Positions 20,694 through 31,171 of a DNA stretch of 44,990 nt are shown piece by piece (the stretch's first letter is position 1; each line of letters begins with the position of its first letter). A program made the position numbers and the translations under genes. Location: assembly GCA_944363795.1 (NCBI GenBank), contig CALVVG010000003.1, forward strand, positions 1 to 44,990. The letters are read 5' to 3'. The notes beneath the pieces were generated by a model that had not been told where the DNA came from, made no database searches, and worked only from the letters and a program-made list of their open reading frames with translations. The DNA comes from an uncultured Bacilli bacterium (lineage in GTDB: Bacteria > Bacillota_I > Bacilli_A > RF39 > UBA660).

Positions 20694-21305
20694 TTGAAAA
20701 ATTTAAAATGGATAATATTATTTATTAGCTTAATTTTATTTTTGGCAATAACTGAAAATGTGTTTGCTAATGAAATAACCCAATTAGACATTATTGGATA
20801 TAATTTTATATCTAAAAACTTTATTACAGTTTCACTAACACCTTTAGTTAAATTTTTTACTAATTTTGGCAGTATTATTTTTTTATTGCCAACTACACTT
20901 TTATTGGCGTTAATAATTAAAAGTAAAAAAATTAGCTTAAATATTTTTATTAATTTAATATTTATTACACTAATTAATCAAATTTTAAAATTTATTGTTC
21001 AAAGACCTAGGCCCAGTGATTTTCAACTTGTTAATGAAACAGGTTATAGCTTTCCATCGGGACATACAATGATTAGTGTTGCTTTTTATGGATATTTAAT
21101 ATATCTGATTTATAATTATATTCATTTAAAAATTTTAAAATGGATATTAATAATTTTTTTGTTAATTTTAATTATTGCTATTGGAATAAGTAGAATTTAT
21201 TTAGGTGTTCATTATACTAGTGATGTTCTAGCAGGACTTTTGATAACTATAGCATATTTAATAATATTTATTAATATTAGTAATAAGTGGATTAAGGAAA
21301 AGTGA
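20694..21305 (+). CDS. PAP2-family phosphatase (undecaprenyl-PP phosphatase-like)
   Basis: KFIVQRPRP, SFPSGH, SRIYLGVHYTSD motifs, multiple TM. Confidence 0.92.
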   Translation: MKNLKWIILFISLILFLAITENVFANEITQLDIIGYNFISKNFITVSLTPLVKFFTNFGSIIFLLPTTLLLALIIKSKKISLNIFINLIFITLINQILKFIVQRPRPSDFQLVNETGYSFPSGHTMISVAFYGYLIYLIYNYIHLKILKWILIIFLLILIIAIGISRIYLGVHYTSDVLAGLLITIAYLIIFINISNKWIKEK

Positions 21306-21309
21306 TTAT

Positions 21310-21672
21310 ATGAAAAATAAAAGTTTAATAAATAGTTTTAAGTTTGCATTTGAAGGAATAGGTTCTTCCTTTAAAACGGAAAGAAATATGAAAATTCATG
21401 TTACTATAATGTTATTAGTAATAATAAGCGGTATTTTCTTAAAAATTAGTATATTAGAGTGGATTATTTGTGTATTTTGCTTTGCCTTTGTTATTGGCGC
21501 CGAAATGTTTAATACAGCAATTGAAAAGGTTGTAGATATTGCTATGCCCCAAAAAGATCCTCGAGTTAAATTGGCCAAAGATATTTCTGCGGGTGGAGTT
21601 TTGGTTTTTGCTATAGCATCTGCTATAATTGGAGTGATAATTTTTTTACCTAAAATACTTGAATTAATCTAG
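21310..21672 (+). CDS. dgkA: undecaprenol/diacylglycerol kinase
   Basis: SFKFAFEG, ERNMKIH, EMFNTAIEKVVD, AKDISAG. Confidence 0.93.
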   Translation: MKNKSLINSFKFAFEGIGSSFKTERNMKIHVTIMLLVIISGIFLKISILEWIICVFCFAFVIGAEMFNTAIEKVVDIAMPQKDPRVKLAKDISAGGVLVFAIASAIIGVIIFLPKILELI

Positions 21673-21860
21673 AATTAAATAATTATTTAAATATATTTAT
21701 TTATTTATTTTTTTATACTCAAAAATATTATACCCAAATAATAATTGACATTAATAATATTGTTTGATAACATAAATTGATAATAAAACACTAATTATAT
21801 TTTTGGGTATATATAACATAATAATAAATATTAAAGCAATATTATAGGAGATGGTCTTAA

Positions 21861-23804
21861 ATGTTTGAATTAGTATCTAATTATAAACCAAGTGGAGATC
21901 AACCAGAAGCAATTAAAAAGCTTACTGAAGGTATTATAAATGGTAAAAAGGAGCAAGTTTTATTAGGAGCAACTGGAACAGGAAAAACATTTACAATTGC
22001 CAATGTGATAAAAAATGTTAATAAACCAACTTTAGTGTTAGCCCATAATAAAACTCTTGCTGGTCAACTTTATGCCGAGTTAAAAGAGTTTTTTCCAAAT
22101 AATCATGTTGAATATTTTGTATCATATTATGATTATTATCAACCAGAAGCTTATGTTCCTAGTAGTGATACTTATATTGAAAAAGACGCTTCGATAAATG
22201 ATGAAATTGATGAATTAAGACATGCAGCAACATCAGCTTTAATTAATTATAAAGATGTAATTGTAGTTGCTTCTGTATCTTGTATTTATGGTATCGGTGA
22301 AAAAGAAGAATATGAAAAAAATATGCTTATATTAAATATTGGTGATAAAATATCTAGGAATAAAATTTTAAATCGTTTGATAGATATGACATATGAAAGA
22401 AGTGATTTAGACTTTCATCGAGGTACTTTTAGAGTAAGAGGAAATAATATAGATATAATTCCTGTAAATGAAAAAGTCAGTGGGATAAGAATTACTTTAG
22501 AGGAAGATGTTATTGACTCTATAGTTTTATTTGATCCACTAACTGGGGTTGTTACAAAAAACAAAAAAAGTATAACTATTTCGCCGGCTTCGCATTTTGT
22601 TACCAGTAAAGAAAAATTAGATATAGCTATTGAGCGAATTGAAAAAGAATTAAAGGATCGTTTAGAGGTATTAAAAAAAGAAAATAAATTAATTGAAGAA
22701 CAAAGGCTTAGAGAAAGAACTAATTATGATATTGAAATGTTGCGAGAAACAGGTTTTTGTAATGGCGTAGAAAATTATTCTAGACATTTGGCATTACGAG
22801 ATGAAGGAGAAACACCAAGTTGTTTAATAGATTTTTTTCCAAAAGATTTTTTATTAGTAGTAGATGAATCACATGTTACACTTCCACAAGTGCGGGGAAT
22901 GTATAATGGGGATAGAATGCGTAAACAAACATTAGTTGATTATGGATTCCGTTTGCCTAGTGCTTTAGATAATCGACCATTAACATTTTCAGAATTTGAA
23001 AACCATATAAATCAAGCGATATATGTTTCAGCAACACCTGGTGATTATGAATTAGAAAAAACTAATGGAGAATATGTTGAGCAAATAATTAGACCAACAG
23101 GATTATTAGACCCTATAATTGAAGTGAGAAAAACAGAAGGTCAAATAGATGATATTATTGCTGAAATAAAAGATAAAATAGAAAAAAATGAACGAGTATT
23201 AATTACAACACTAACTATAAGAATGAGTGAAGAATTAACTAATTATTTGAAAGAAATGAATATTAAAGTAGCATATTTACATAGTGAAATCAAAACTTTA
23301 GAAAGACTAAAAATAATTCAAGATTTAAGATTGGGTACTTATGATTGTGTTGTTGGTATTAATCTTTTGCGAGAAGGACTTGATATACCTGAAGTTAGTT
23401 TAATTTGTATTTTAGATGCCGATAAACAAGGATTTTTAAGAAGTAGTAGAAGTTTAATTCAAACAATTGGTAGATGTGCTCGAAATGAAAATGGTAAAGT
23501 AATAATGTATGCTGATACTGTAAGTGAAGCAATGCAAATAGCAATTACAGAAACTAAAAGAAGAAGAGAAATACAAGAAAAATATAATAAAGAACATGGT
23601 ATTATTCCTAAAACTATTACGAAAGAAATAAAAGAAGTAGTTTCTAATGATATTGTAACGGAAAAGAAAAAGAAAGTTAGTAAAAAAGAAAAAGAAAAGA
23701 TGATTTTAAAAATAGAAGATGAAATGAAAGAAGCTGCTAAAAATTTAGATTTTGAAAGAGCGATGGAATTAAGAGATATACTATTTGAGTTGAAAGGTAT
23801 TTAA
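21861..23804 (+). CDS. uvrB: excinuclease ABC subunit B
   Basis: [27 protein letters not shown]-terminal UVR domain. Confidence 0.98.
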   Translation: MFELVSNYKPSGDQPEAIKKLTEGIINGKKEQVLLGATGTGKTFTIANVIKNVNKPTLVLAHNKTLAGQLYAELKEFFPNNHVEYFVSYYDYYQPEAYVPSSDTYIEKDASINDEIDELRHAATSALINYKDVIVVASVSCIYGIGEKEEYEKNMLILNIGDKISRNKILNRLIDMTYERSDLDFHRGTFRVRGNNIDIIPVNEKVSGIRITLEEDVIDSIVLFDPLTGVVTKNKKSITISPASHFVTSKEKLDIAIERIEKELKDRLEVLKKENKLIEEQRLRERTNYDIEMLRETGFCNGVENYSRHLALRDEGETPSCLIDFFPKDFLLVVDESHVTLPQVRGMYNGDRMRKQTLVDYGFRLPSALDNRPLTFSEFENHINQAIYVSATPGDYELEKTNGEYVEQIIRPTGLLDPIIEVRKTEGQIDDIIAEIKDKIEKNERVLITTLTIRMSEELTNYLKEMNIKVAYLHSEIKTLERLKIIQDLRLGTYDCVVGINLLREGLDIPEVSLICILDADKQGFLRSSRSLIQTIGRCARNENGKVIMYADTVSEAMQIAITETKRRREIQEKYNKEHGIIPKTITKEIKEVVSNDIVTEKKKKVSKKEKEKMILKIEDEMKEAAKNLDFERAMELRDILFELKGI

Positions 23805-23851
23805 AAAAGCTTAAGTTTATGGTAAAATCAATGAAGTAAAGAGGTGGATGT

Positions 23852-25471
23852 ATGACAACTTTTATATTTGGACATAAAAATCCTGATACTGATACAGTTT
23901 GTTCAAGTATAGCATTATCTTATTTAAAAAATGAATTAGGAGGTAAAACTGTTCCTAAAGTATTGGGAAATATTAACGAAGAAACAAAATTTGTTTTAAA
24001 TTATTTTAATATACCCGTTCCTAATTATTTAAATGACGTACGAGTAAGAATTAAAAATATTAAATATGATAAAAAAGCATATATTAATGAAAATTCGTCG
24101 ATAAATGAGGCATTTAAATTAATGCAAAAACAAAATATTACTGCTATTCCTTTAATAGATGAAAAGAAAAAATTAACTGGATATGTTACTTTAAAAGAAA
24201 TAGCTCGTTATTTAATTAATGGTAATAAAGAAATGGTATCGACAACTTTGGATAATATTGTTGAAACATTAAATGCTAAAATAATTGTTAAAAATGATGA
24301 TATAATTGATGGAAATATATTGATAGCAGGTTTACAAGATAAAACATTTCAAAAAGAAGTTGATTTATCCACAAATGATATTTTAATTGTTGGAGATCGT
24401 TATAAAATTTTAGAATATGCAATATCTTGTAAAGTAAAATTAATTATATTACCTTTAAACATTGAATTAGATAAAAAAATATTATCTAAAGCTGAACGTA
24501 ACAATGTGAATATTATTGCATCTGCATTTAATAGTTATCAAATAGCAAATAAAATTATATTAAGTAACTTTATTAAAAGTATTAATACTAATAAAAATCC
24601 AATTACAGTTCATAATGATGACTATTTTACAGACTTTAAAACTATGACACATAAAGTAAATCATACTAATTATCCAATAATAAACAATAAAGATGAATGC
24701 CTAGGGTTAATTAGATTAACTGGTCCTAATGAATATGAAAAACAAAAAGTTATTTTGGTAGATCATAATAATTTAGCCCAATCAGTAGATGGAATTGAAG
24801 AAGCGGACATATTAGAAATAATCGATCATCACAATTTGGGAGCTATTGGAACTACTGTTCCAATTAATTTTAGATCTAAACCAGTAGGATGTACATCCAC
24901 TATGATATATGATATGTTTATTGAAAATAAAGTAACTATTCCCAAAAATATTGCAGGTATAATGCTATCTGCTATATTATCTGATACTTTATTATTAACT
25001 AGTCCTACAACTACAGAAGATGACCGCTTTGTGGCTGTTAAACTTGCTAGTATTGCTAAAGTGGATATCGATAAGTATGGTACAGAAATGTTAAAAGCAG
25101 CAAGTTCTATCGCCGGTAAAAGTGTTGAAGAATTGATAAAAATGGATTTTAAATCATTTGTAGTTGGTTCTAAAAATTTAGGTATTGGTCAAATAATGAC
25201 AATGGATTTTGAAGGAATAAAAGAAAAAATCACTGAATTTGTAAATAAATTAAATGAAATGGCTAATACTAATTATAGTAATGTAGCAATTTTTGTAACG
25301 GATATTATAAAAAATGGTTCTTATGTAATATATGATGAAAAATCTGAAGATATAATTGCTGAAAGTTTTGGAATAAAAAATATTTATCAAGGTGTATTTT
25401 TACCAAAATTGGTTTCTCGAAAAAAACAAATTTTGCCAAGCATTTTGAATACTATTGATACAGAAAATTAG
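23852..25471 (+). CDS. ppaC: Mn-dependent inorganic pyrophosphatase with CBS/DRTGG insert
   Basis: GHKNPDTD, LVDHN, IIDHH, SRKKQI; ~230-aa CBS-DRTGG insertion. Confidence 0.93.
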   Translation: MTTFIFGHKNPDTDTVCSSIALSYLKNELGGKTVPKVLGNINEETKFVLNYFNIPVPNYLNDVRVRIKNIKYDKKAYINENSSINEAFKLMQKQNITAIPLIDEKKKLTGYVTLKEIARYLINGNKEMVSTTLDNIVETLNAKIIVKNDDIIDGNILIAGLQDKTFQKEVDLSTNDILIVGDRYKILEYAISCKVKLIILPLNIELDKKILSKAERNNVNIIASAFNSYQIANKIILSNFIKSINTNKNPITVHNDDYFTDFKTMTHKVNHTNYPIINNKDECLGLIRLTGPNEYEKQKVILVDHNNLAQSVDGIEEADILEIIDHHNLGAIGTTVPINFRSKPVGCTSTMIYDMFIENKVTIPKNIAGIMLSAILSDTLLLTSPTTTEDDRFVAVKLASIAKVDIDKYGTEMLKAASSIAGKSVEELIKMDFKSFVVGSKNLGIGQIMTMDFEGIKEKITEFVNKLNEMANTNYSNVAIFVTDIIKNGSYVIYDEKSEDIIAESFGIKNIYQGVFLPKLVSRKKQILPSILNTIDTEN

Positions 25472-25478
25472 GTGATTT

Positions 25479-26234
25479 ATGAAAGCTTTGATAACAGGTG
25501 CTTCTAGCGGAATAGGTAAAGCAATGGCTTATGAATTAGCAAATCGTAATGTTGACTTAATATTAGTTGCTAGAAGTAAAGATAAATTAGAAAAAATAAA
25601 AAATGACTTAAATGTTAATGTTAAAATAATCGTATTAGATTTAATCAAAGAAAAAAATGTATTTAAACTTTATGATATTATAAAAGACGAAAATGTAGAT
25701 ATTTTAATTAATAATGCTGGATTTGGTCTTTTTGGAACATTTGATAAAACTGATTTAAGTAGAGAATTAGAAATGATTGATTTAAATATCAGAGCTTATC
25801 ATATTTTAACTAAATTATTTTTAAAGAATTTTTTAAAAAGGAAACACGGTTATATTTTAAATGTATGCTCCAGTGCAGGTTTTATGGCTGGACCTCGTTT
25901 AAGTACTTATTATGCTACTAAAAATTATGTGACAAAATTGACTATAGCTATTAATGAAGAACTTCGTCAAAAAGGAAGTAAGGTTTGTATTTCAGCTTTA
26001 TGTCCTGGTCCAGTCAATACTAATTTTAATAAGGTTGCCCATGGAAAATTTGCAATAAAAGAAATAGATCCTCAGAGAGTTGCAAAATATGCTATCGATA
26101 AAATGTTTAAGAAAAAAATGCTTATTGTTCCAACATTAAAAATGAAATTGACATTATTTTTTAGTAGATTTGTACCTTACCGTTTACAATTATTAATAGC
26201 CTATCATATTCAAGGAAGAAAGATAAGTAAATGA
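25479..26234 (+). CDS. short-chain dehydrogenase/reductase
   Basis: TGASSGIG, NNAG, YYATK. Confidence 0.93.
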   Translation: MKALITGASSGIGKAMAYELANRNVDLILVARSKDKLEKIKNDLNVNVKIIVLDLIKEKNVFKLYDIIKDENVDILINNAGFGLFGTFDKTDLSRELEMIDLNIRAYHILTKLFLKNFLKRKHGYILNVCSSAGFMAGPRLSTYYATKNYVTKLTIAINEELRQKGSKVCISALCPGPVNTNFNKVAHGKFAIKEIDPQRVAKYAIDKMFKKKMLIVPTLKMKLTLFFSRFVPYRLQLLIAYHIQGRKISK

Positions 26235-26259
26235 TTCATAAAAATTTAATCTGAAAAGA

Positions 26260-26288
26260 TTGATTTTTTTTTTTTTTTTTTGTATAAT
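26260..26288 (+). promoter_or_regulatory. promoter whose spacer is a poly-T tract (candidate phase-variable)
   Basis: TTGATT (26260-26265), 17-nt spacer, TATAAT (26283-26288); T18 run at 26264-26281. Confidence 0.75.
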
Positions 26289-26309
26289 GGGGAAAATAGA
26301 GGTGTACCC

Positions 26310-27566
26310 ATGAAAAAAATAGCAATATTAGGATTAACAACATTAATAGTATTATCTATAGGAAGTTATACATATTTAACAAGTAAAAATGAAGGAAGTA
26401 TAGATAAAAAAGAAAAACAAATAAAAAGTACAAATATGCTCACTATGATGCTAGAAACAGAAGCAGGAAGTGGTAGTTATAAAGAAGTGACTCAAAGCGA
26501 GTGGCCAACTGATGGATATGAATTTAATGAAGTATTAAGTAAATGTGAAAATGGAGGAATAGTTAATTGGGATAATGATACAAAAAAAATAATAATGAAG
26601 TCCAATAAATCTGATAAGTGTTATATATACTTTGATGTCAAAAAAGAGTCATTTGTTGATTATATTATTAATAATGTTTATAAAGAAGATGGATTAAATG
26701 GCTTATATTATCATGATGGTCAAGGAACATATACTAATGCTAATCAAGAGGCTGGGGATAATTCCTATAGATATTCAGGAGCAAATCCAAATAATTATGT
26801 ATGTTTTGGAAGCGATGAGACGACGTGTTCCAATGATAATTTATATCGTATAATAGGATTATTTGATGACGATAGTGATGGTGTATATAATATAAAATTA
26901 ATTAAATATGATTATACTACAATAGAAATGTTAGGAACAGATGGTAGTTATAAGGGATCTTATGATGGTGATAGGTATTATAAAGGCAACATGTATTTAA
27001 CAGATATATCGGTATATAGTTGGAGTGGCAATGAAAGTAATGATGGATCAAATGATTGGTCTACTAGTGACTTTAATAAAATAAATTTAAATATAAATTA
27101 TTTAAATTATTTAAAAAATATAAATAATAAATGGGTTGATATGATAGAACAGACTATTTGGTATTTAGGGGCCGTAGACGATAGTCATAATAAAGCCAAA
27201 GAATTTTATAATTCAGAAAGAAGCACTTCTGTAGATGGAAATAATCCTCCTACTTATAAAGATGAAATAGGATTAATGTATCCAAGTGATTATGGCTTTT
27301 CATCAAATCCAGATAACTGGAGTAAAGATTTGGACGAATATCAAAGTAATAATTGGTTATTCATGGGCCTAGACGAGTGGACAATAACTCATTCTTTATA
27401 TTATGATGATAATACTGGAGTATTTTATTTGCGGCATATGAATGATTTAGGGTTTTATGTTGTTAGTTTGAAATATGCTGCACGCCCGTGTTTTTACTTA
27501 AAATCTAACGTAATAATTAATAATGGAACTGGCAGTGCCAGTGATCCATTTAGAATTAGTTTATAA
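26310..27566 (+). CDS. secreted/surface protein (DUF6273-like C-terminal domain)
   Basis: ATG 26310 after GAGGTG RBS; signal/TM helix; YRYSGANPNNYVCFG, YRIIG, IGLMYPSDY, ARPCFYLKS...GTGSASDPF; family name from recognition only. Confidence 0.7.
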   Translation: MKKIAILGLTTLIVLSIGSYTYLTSKNEGSIDKKEKQIKSTNMLTMMLETEAGSGSYKEVTQSEWPTDGYEFNEVLSKCENGGIVNWDNDTKKIIMKSNKSDKCYIYFDVKKESFVDYIINNVYKEDGLNGLYYHDGQGTYTNANQEAGDNSYRYSGANPNNYVCFGSDETTCSNDNLYRIIGLFDDDSDGVYNIKLIKYDYTTIEMLGTDGSYKGSYDGDRYYKGNMYLTDISVYSWSGNESNDGSNDWSTSDFNKINLNINYLNYLKNINNKWVDMIEQTIWYLGAVDDSHNKAKEFYNSERSTSVDGNNPPTYKDEIGLMYPSDYGFSSNPDNWSKDLDEYQSNNWLFMGLDEWTITHSLYYDDNTGVFYLRHMNDLGFYVVSLKYAARPCFYLKSNVIINNGTGSASDPFRISL

Positions 27567-27725
27567 TTAAAATATTTTTTCTATAATTAATAAAAATTTA
27601 AAATAAAATTTGATCAAACTTAAAATAAAATTAGCTAGTATAAGTTTGGCAAATTTTATTTTTTTTAAATTAAGTAGGAAAAAAGCACAAATTTTGATAT
27701 AATTAAAAAAGAATAGAGGTATATT

Positions 27726-29312
27726 ATGAAAAAAGGTTTTACATTAGTTGAATTATTAATTACAATTGCCTTAATTGCAGTAATTACAGTTAGTGTTGGT
27801 GTCAGTATAAGTAGTATGCTAAATCGTCAAGAAGAAAAGGAATTTAAAAAATATGTCGAATTAATTGAAAAATCAGCTTGTACTTATGCTGAGAAAAAAG
27901 ATTTACCTCAAGTTTCTAGTGAAGTTTCCATTTCTACTTTATTAAGTGAAGGGTTATTATCAAAAGATATTGTTAATCCTAAAACTGATAAAAATATTGA
28001 ATATTATGGTGCTGATATAATAGGAATAAAATGGATTGATTATGAAAGAGTATGCAATTATGCTCATCCAGAAGGTTCTACAGATAATGAAGATAGTGAA
28101 GAAGGATACGAAGATGATGACAAAAATCCATATATATATGCTAAAATTACTGATGTGGAAATTTTGGAGGTTACGGAATCATCAATTACAGTAAAGCCAA
28201 TAGTGGAAGTTGGAACAAGTCAAATTAATAAATATTATTATAGTATTAATAATGGTGATACCTATGTAAGTTCTAGTGACAATAACTACACATTTACTGG
28301 ATTAATAGAAGCTACAGAATATAATATAAAAGTTTTTGTTATCGATAATAAAGGATATGAGTCTAATGAATATGCTTTAAAGCAAAAAACAGTGACTAAT
28401 TTAGGGGGTATAATTGTTAATAAAGATATGTCTTTAAATATAGATGCTAATTATAAAGCTCCATGGATTCGTTTTGAAAGTAATAATACTTTAACATTAA
28501 GTGGTGGGGGCAGCTTAGAAGTACCAAACATTACTAGTTTAAATGGTAATAATGCTATTGGAATTGCTGGTAATGGAATAAATATAAGTGTTAACATTGA
28601 AAATGTAAAATTAATTGTTGAAAAAGTAACTTCAGGTAATGGGGGAATTGGAACTGGAGAAGACGGTGAAGATGGCGTTAGAAGTTATGGTAAACAAGGA
28701 GTTCCAGGTTATGATGCTACAGCTACAGTTAAGGGGGGGAATGGTGGTACAATTAACTTTAATTTAAATAATAGTTCAGAACTTGTGGTTGGAACTATTA
28801 CAACTGGAAAAGGTGGAAATGCTACAGGTGGTGATGGCGGTAATGGTAGTGATGGCGGTCCTGGAACTGGTGGATCATCAACAGGTTGGCGAACTGGCGG
28901 CGATGGCGGTGATGGTGGCAATGGTTCAGATAGTTTTGGCGGATCATCTGGTAATGTCAATATAAATAATCAAGGCATATTAAATATCGATTCAATAACT
29001 ACAAGCAATGGAGGCGATGCTATCGGGGGCGATGGTGGAAATGGTGGCGATCGGGGTTCTCATCATAGTTTGAGTCACTCATCAGCATATGGAGGTGATG
29101 GTGGCGATGGCGGTGATGCAACTAGTGGCAGTAGTGGTTCAATTAGTATTAGTGGTTCTGGAATAGTTAATGTTAGTAATACAACTATCGGAAATATTGG
29201 TAAAAGTACTGCTGGCGTTGGTGGAACAGGTGGTTTTGGAGATAAAAGAAGCTATGACGGCGAAGATGGAACTATTAAGTCTGGTATCAAAGGTACTATA
29301 ATGGGTGTATAA
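27726..29312 (+). CDS. type IV prepilin-like protein with FN3-like domain and Gly-rich C-terminal repeat region
   Basis: KKG^FTLVELL class III signal; YTFTGL..ATEYNIKV FN3 signature; GGDGGNG/GGDGGDG repeats. Confidence 0.85.
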   Translation: MKKGFTLVELLITIALIAVITVSVGVSISSMLNRQEEKEFKKYVELIEKSACTYAEKKDLPQVSSEVSISTLLSEGLLSKDIVNPKTDKNIEYYGADIIGIKWIDYERVCNYAHPEGSTDNEDSEEGYEDDDKNPYIYAKITDVEILEVTESSITVKPIVEVGTSQINKYYYSINNGDTYVSSSDNNYTFTGLIEATEYNIKVFVIDNKGYESNEYALKQKTVTNLGGIIVNKDMSLNIDANYKAPWIRFESNNTLTLSGGGSLEVPNITSLNGNNAIGIAGNGINISVNIENVKLIVEKVTSGNGGIGTGEDGEDGVRSYGKQGVPGYDATATVKGGNGGTINFNLNNSSELVVGTITTGKGGNATGGDGGNGSDGGPGTGGSSTGWRTGGDGGDGGNGSDSFGGSSGNVNINNQGILNIDSITTSNGGDAIGGDGGNGGDRGSHHSLSHSSAYGGDGGDGGDATSGSSGSISISGSGIVNVSNTTIGNIGKSTAGVGGTGGFGDKRSYDGEDGTIKSGIKGTIMGV

Positions 29313-29328
29313 GTAACTTTAAAAAGGG

Positions 29329-29826
29329 ATGATAAATATAGAAACGATTATTAGTATAATCTTAAATAAAAAAGAAGATTTTTATAATAAATATTCTAAA
29401 AATAAAATTAATAATGAACTTGAAGAGTATATTTTTAATGAATGTTATGGTGAAATATTTAAAAATAATATTAGAATTAATATTTATATAAGTTACAAAA
29501 TTGATGATAATGAAAAAAATGAAATGATTGATACCATAAGAAGAACTTTTGGTTTAAAAGTTCAGGATGAATTATATTATTATAATAAAGCTAGATATAA
29601 AAAAACTATCCTTTTTTTATTAGGAATAGTTTTTATAGTTTTATATTATTTATTATTTTCTAATATAATAAGGGAGATAATTTTAATACTTGGTTGGTTA
29701 GCAATATGGGAATCTGTTTATAGTTTTTTGACAGATTCTAACCGTGATTATATTTATATATATCGTTTAAAGCAATTATCTAAAGCTAAAATCTATTTTT
29801 CACAATTACATGATTCCAATTCTTGA
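29329..29826 (+). CDS. hypothetical two-TM membrane protein
   Basis: 165 aa; two C-terminal TM helices with GWLAIWE. Confidence 0.7.
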   Translation: MINIETIISIILNKKEDFYNKYSKNKINNELEEYIFNECYGEIFKNNIRINIYISYKIDDNEKNEMIDTIRRTFGLKVQDELYYYNKARYKKTILFLLGIVFIVLYYLLFSNIIREIILILGWLAIWESVYSFLTDSNRDYIYIYRLKQLSKAKIYFSQLHDSNS

Positions 29827-30062
29827 GATAAGGTTTTAAGGGAAGATTTTATTTTTTTAGAATCTTCCTTTTCTAATTGATAATAACCTTTTTTATATGC
29901 TAAATCAAAAAACTCTTTAGTATATTTATTTATTATTTCAAACATATGAAAGTACTCTTTATATAATTTTGCACAGCTTGCTTCATTTAAAGCATAAGTT
30001 GTATTCACAGATAAACATTTTAAATTATCTAAAATATCCATTACAATTTCTTTATCGTTCAT
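29793..30062 (-). CDS. spore coat protein, Coat F-like
   Basis: MNDKEIVMDIL...ALNEAS..LY...AYKKGYY pattern; GAGGA RBS. Confidence 0.7.
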   Translation of the reverse strand: MNDKEIVMDILDNLKCLSVNTTYALNEASCAKLYKEYFHMFEIINKYTKEFFDLAYKKGYYQLEKEDSKKIKSSLKTLSQELESCNCEK

Positions 30063-30274
30063 TATTTATCCTCACTTTCCATCAATAATTTTATTAAAGT
30101 TGAACAATTTTCAAAATGCATATTTGCAATTTTATTGGTTAATTGAGAAATTTCTTTATCTTCAATATAATTTAAATAAAAATCTAATTTTTTAAATGCT
30201 ATAAAATTCCAATTAAACATATCCTTTATATATGCACTATCTTTTGTCGAAATCATTTCTGGAACGTTTTTCAT
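30062..30274 (-). CDS. small spore-coat-associated protein (partner of Coat F-like gene)
   Basis: MISTKDSAYIKDMFNWN pattern; ATG 30274 follows GGAGGG; stop/start overlap with next gene. Confidence 0.65.
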   Translation of the reverse strand: MKNVPEMISTKDSAYIKDMFNWNFIAFKKLDFYLNYIEDKEISQLTNKIANMHFENCSTLIKLLMESEDK

Positions 30275-30360
30275 TTTTATCCCTCCATTTATATTATTGT
30301 TCAAAATTTGTTTTATAAGCTGTTATTTTTTGGTATAATTAAATATAGTAGGTGGTCATT

Positions 30361-31116
30361 ATGAAGAAAACTAATAAAGGATTAATAGCAATATATATGT
30401 TTGGTTATGCTGCATTTTTAATATTTGCTATTGGGGTAGGATTTTTTACGGTGGAAAATTTAAAAAATGAAAAATTATTAAATGCAGAGTTAGAAGAACT
30501 AGATTACTTATTTAATAATTATGATTTAAATTATAATGAAATAGATAAAAAATTAAATAATTATGTTACTACAGATGATTATTTAACTGTTGAAAAAGCT
30601 ATGAAAGATTATTGGAAGGAAATAGTAAAGAATTGTCGTAGATTAGAAGAAATTTATAACAATCAAGATTTATACTTAGTTTTATCTTTTGATAATTTTT
30701 ATAGCGATAGTCCTAATTTTATGTTTTCACAAAATATCATTGATACTTCAATAACACAATTGCAAGACGTAAAAAATAATTTAGCATATTTATTTGATAA
30801 GAATACAATATTATCTTTTATTGACGAATATGAGTTAGATAAATTTTATATTGATTATTATAAAGATTTGATGATTGATGAAGATACAATTGTTGATAGT
30901 AGAAAAGAAATTGAAAATAGTATAGATTATACTATAAATGCTTTAAAAATTTATCAAGAATTATTTAAATTACTTCAAGATAATCAAAATTCGTGGTATT
31001 TATATGGTGATTATATTTATTTTGATGATGATAATGTTTTAAATAAATATAATGAGCTTTTAGATTTAATTGAAAATATTGATTTTTCAGATGTAAATAT
31101 TGAACAATATATATAA
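30361..31116 (+). CDS. hypothetical membrane-anchored acidic helical protein
   Basis: N-terminal TM, long ORF; AGGTGG RBS before ATG 30361. Confidence 0.7.
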   Translation: MKKTNKGLIAIYMFGYAAFLIFAIGVGFFTVENLKNEKLLNAELEELDYLFNNYDLNYNEIDKKLNNYVTTDDYLTVEKAMKDYWKEIVKNCRRLEEIYNNQDLYLVLSFDNFYSDSPNFMFSQNIIDTSITQLQDVKNNLAYLFDKNTILSFIDEYELDKFYIDYYKDLMIDEDTIVDSRKEIENSIDYTINALKIYQELFKLLQDNQNSWYLYGDYIYFDDDNVLNKYNELLDLIENIDFSDVNIEQYI

Positions 31117-31117
31117 T

Positions 31118-31150
31118 AGTCATTTAAAAGTCACTTTAAAAAAATATACT
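31118..31150 (+). promoter_or_regulatory. OmpR/PhoB-type tandem operator and -10 for the ABC exporter operon
   Basis: AGTCA direct repeats at 31118 and 31129 (11-bp period), then TATACT at 31145-31150. Confidence 0.55.
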
Positions 31151-31171
31151 TATTTTGAAAGGACTGATTAA

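Noticed and set aside
28630-29290. GC-rich patch as foreign DNA or structured RNA
   Set aside because: Explained by glycine codons of the Gly-rich domain.
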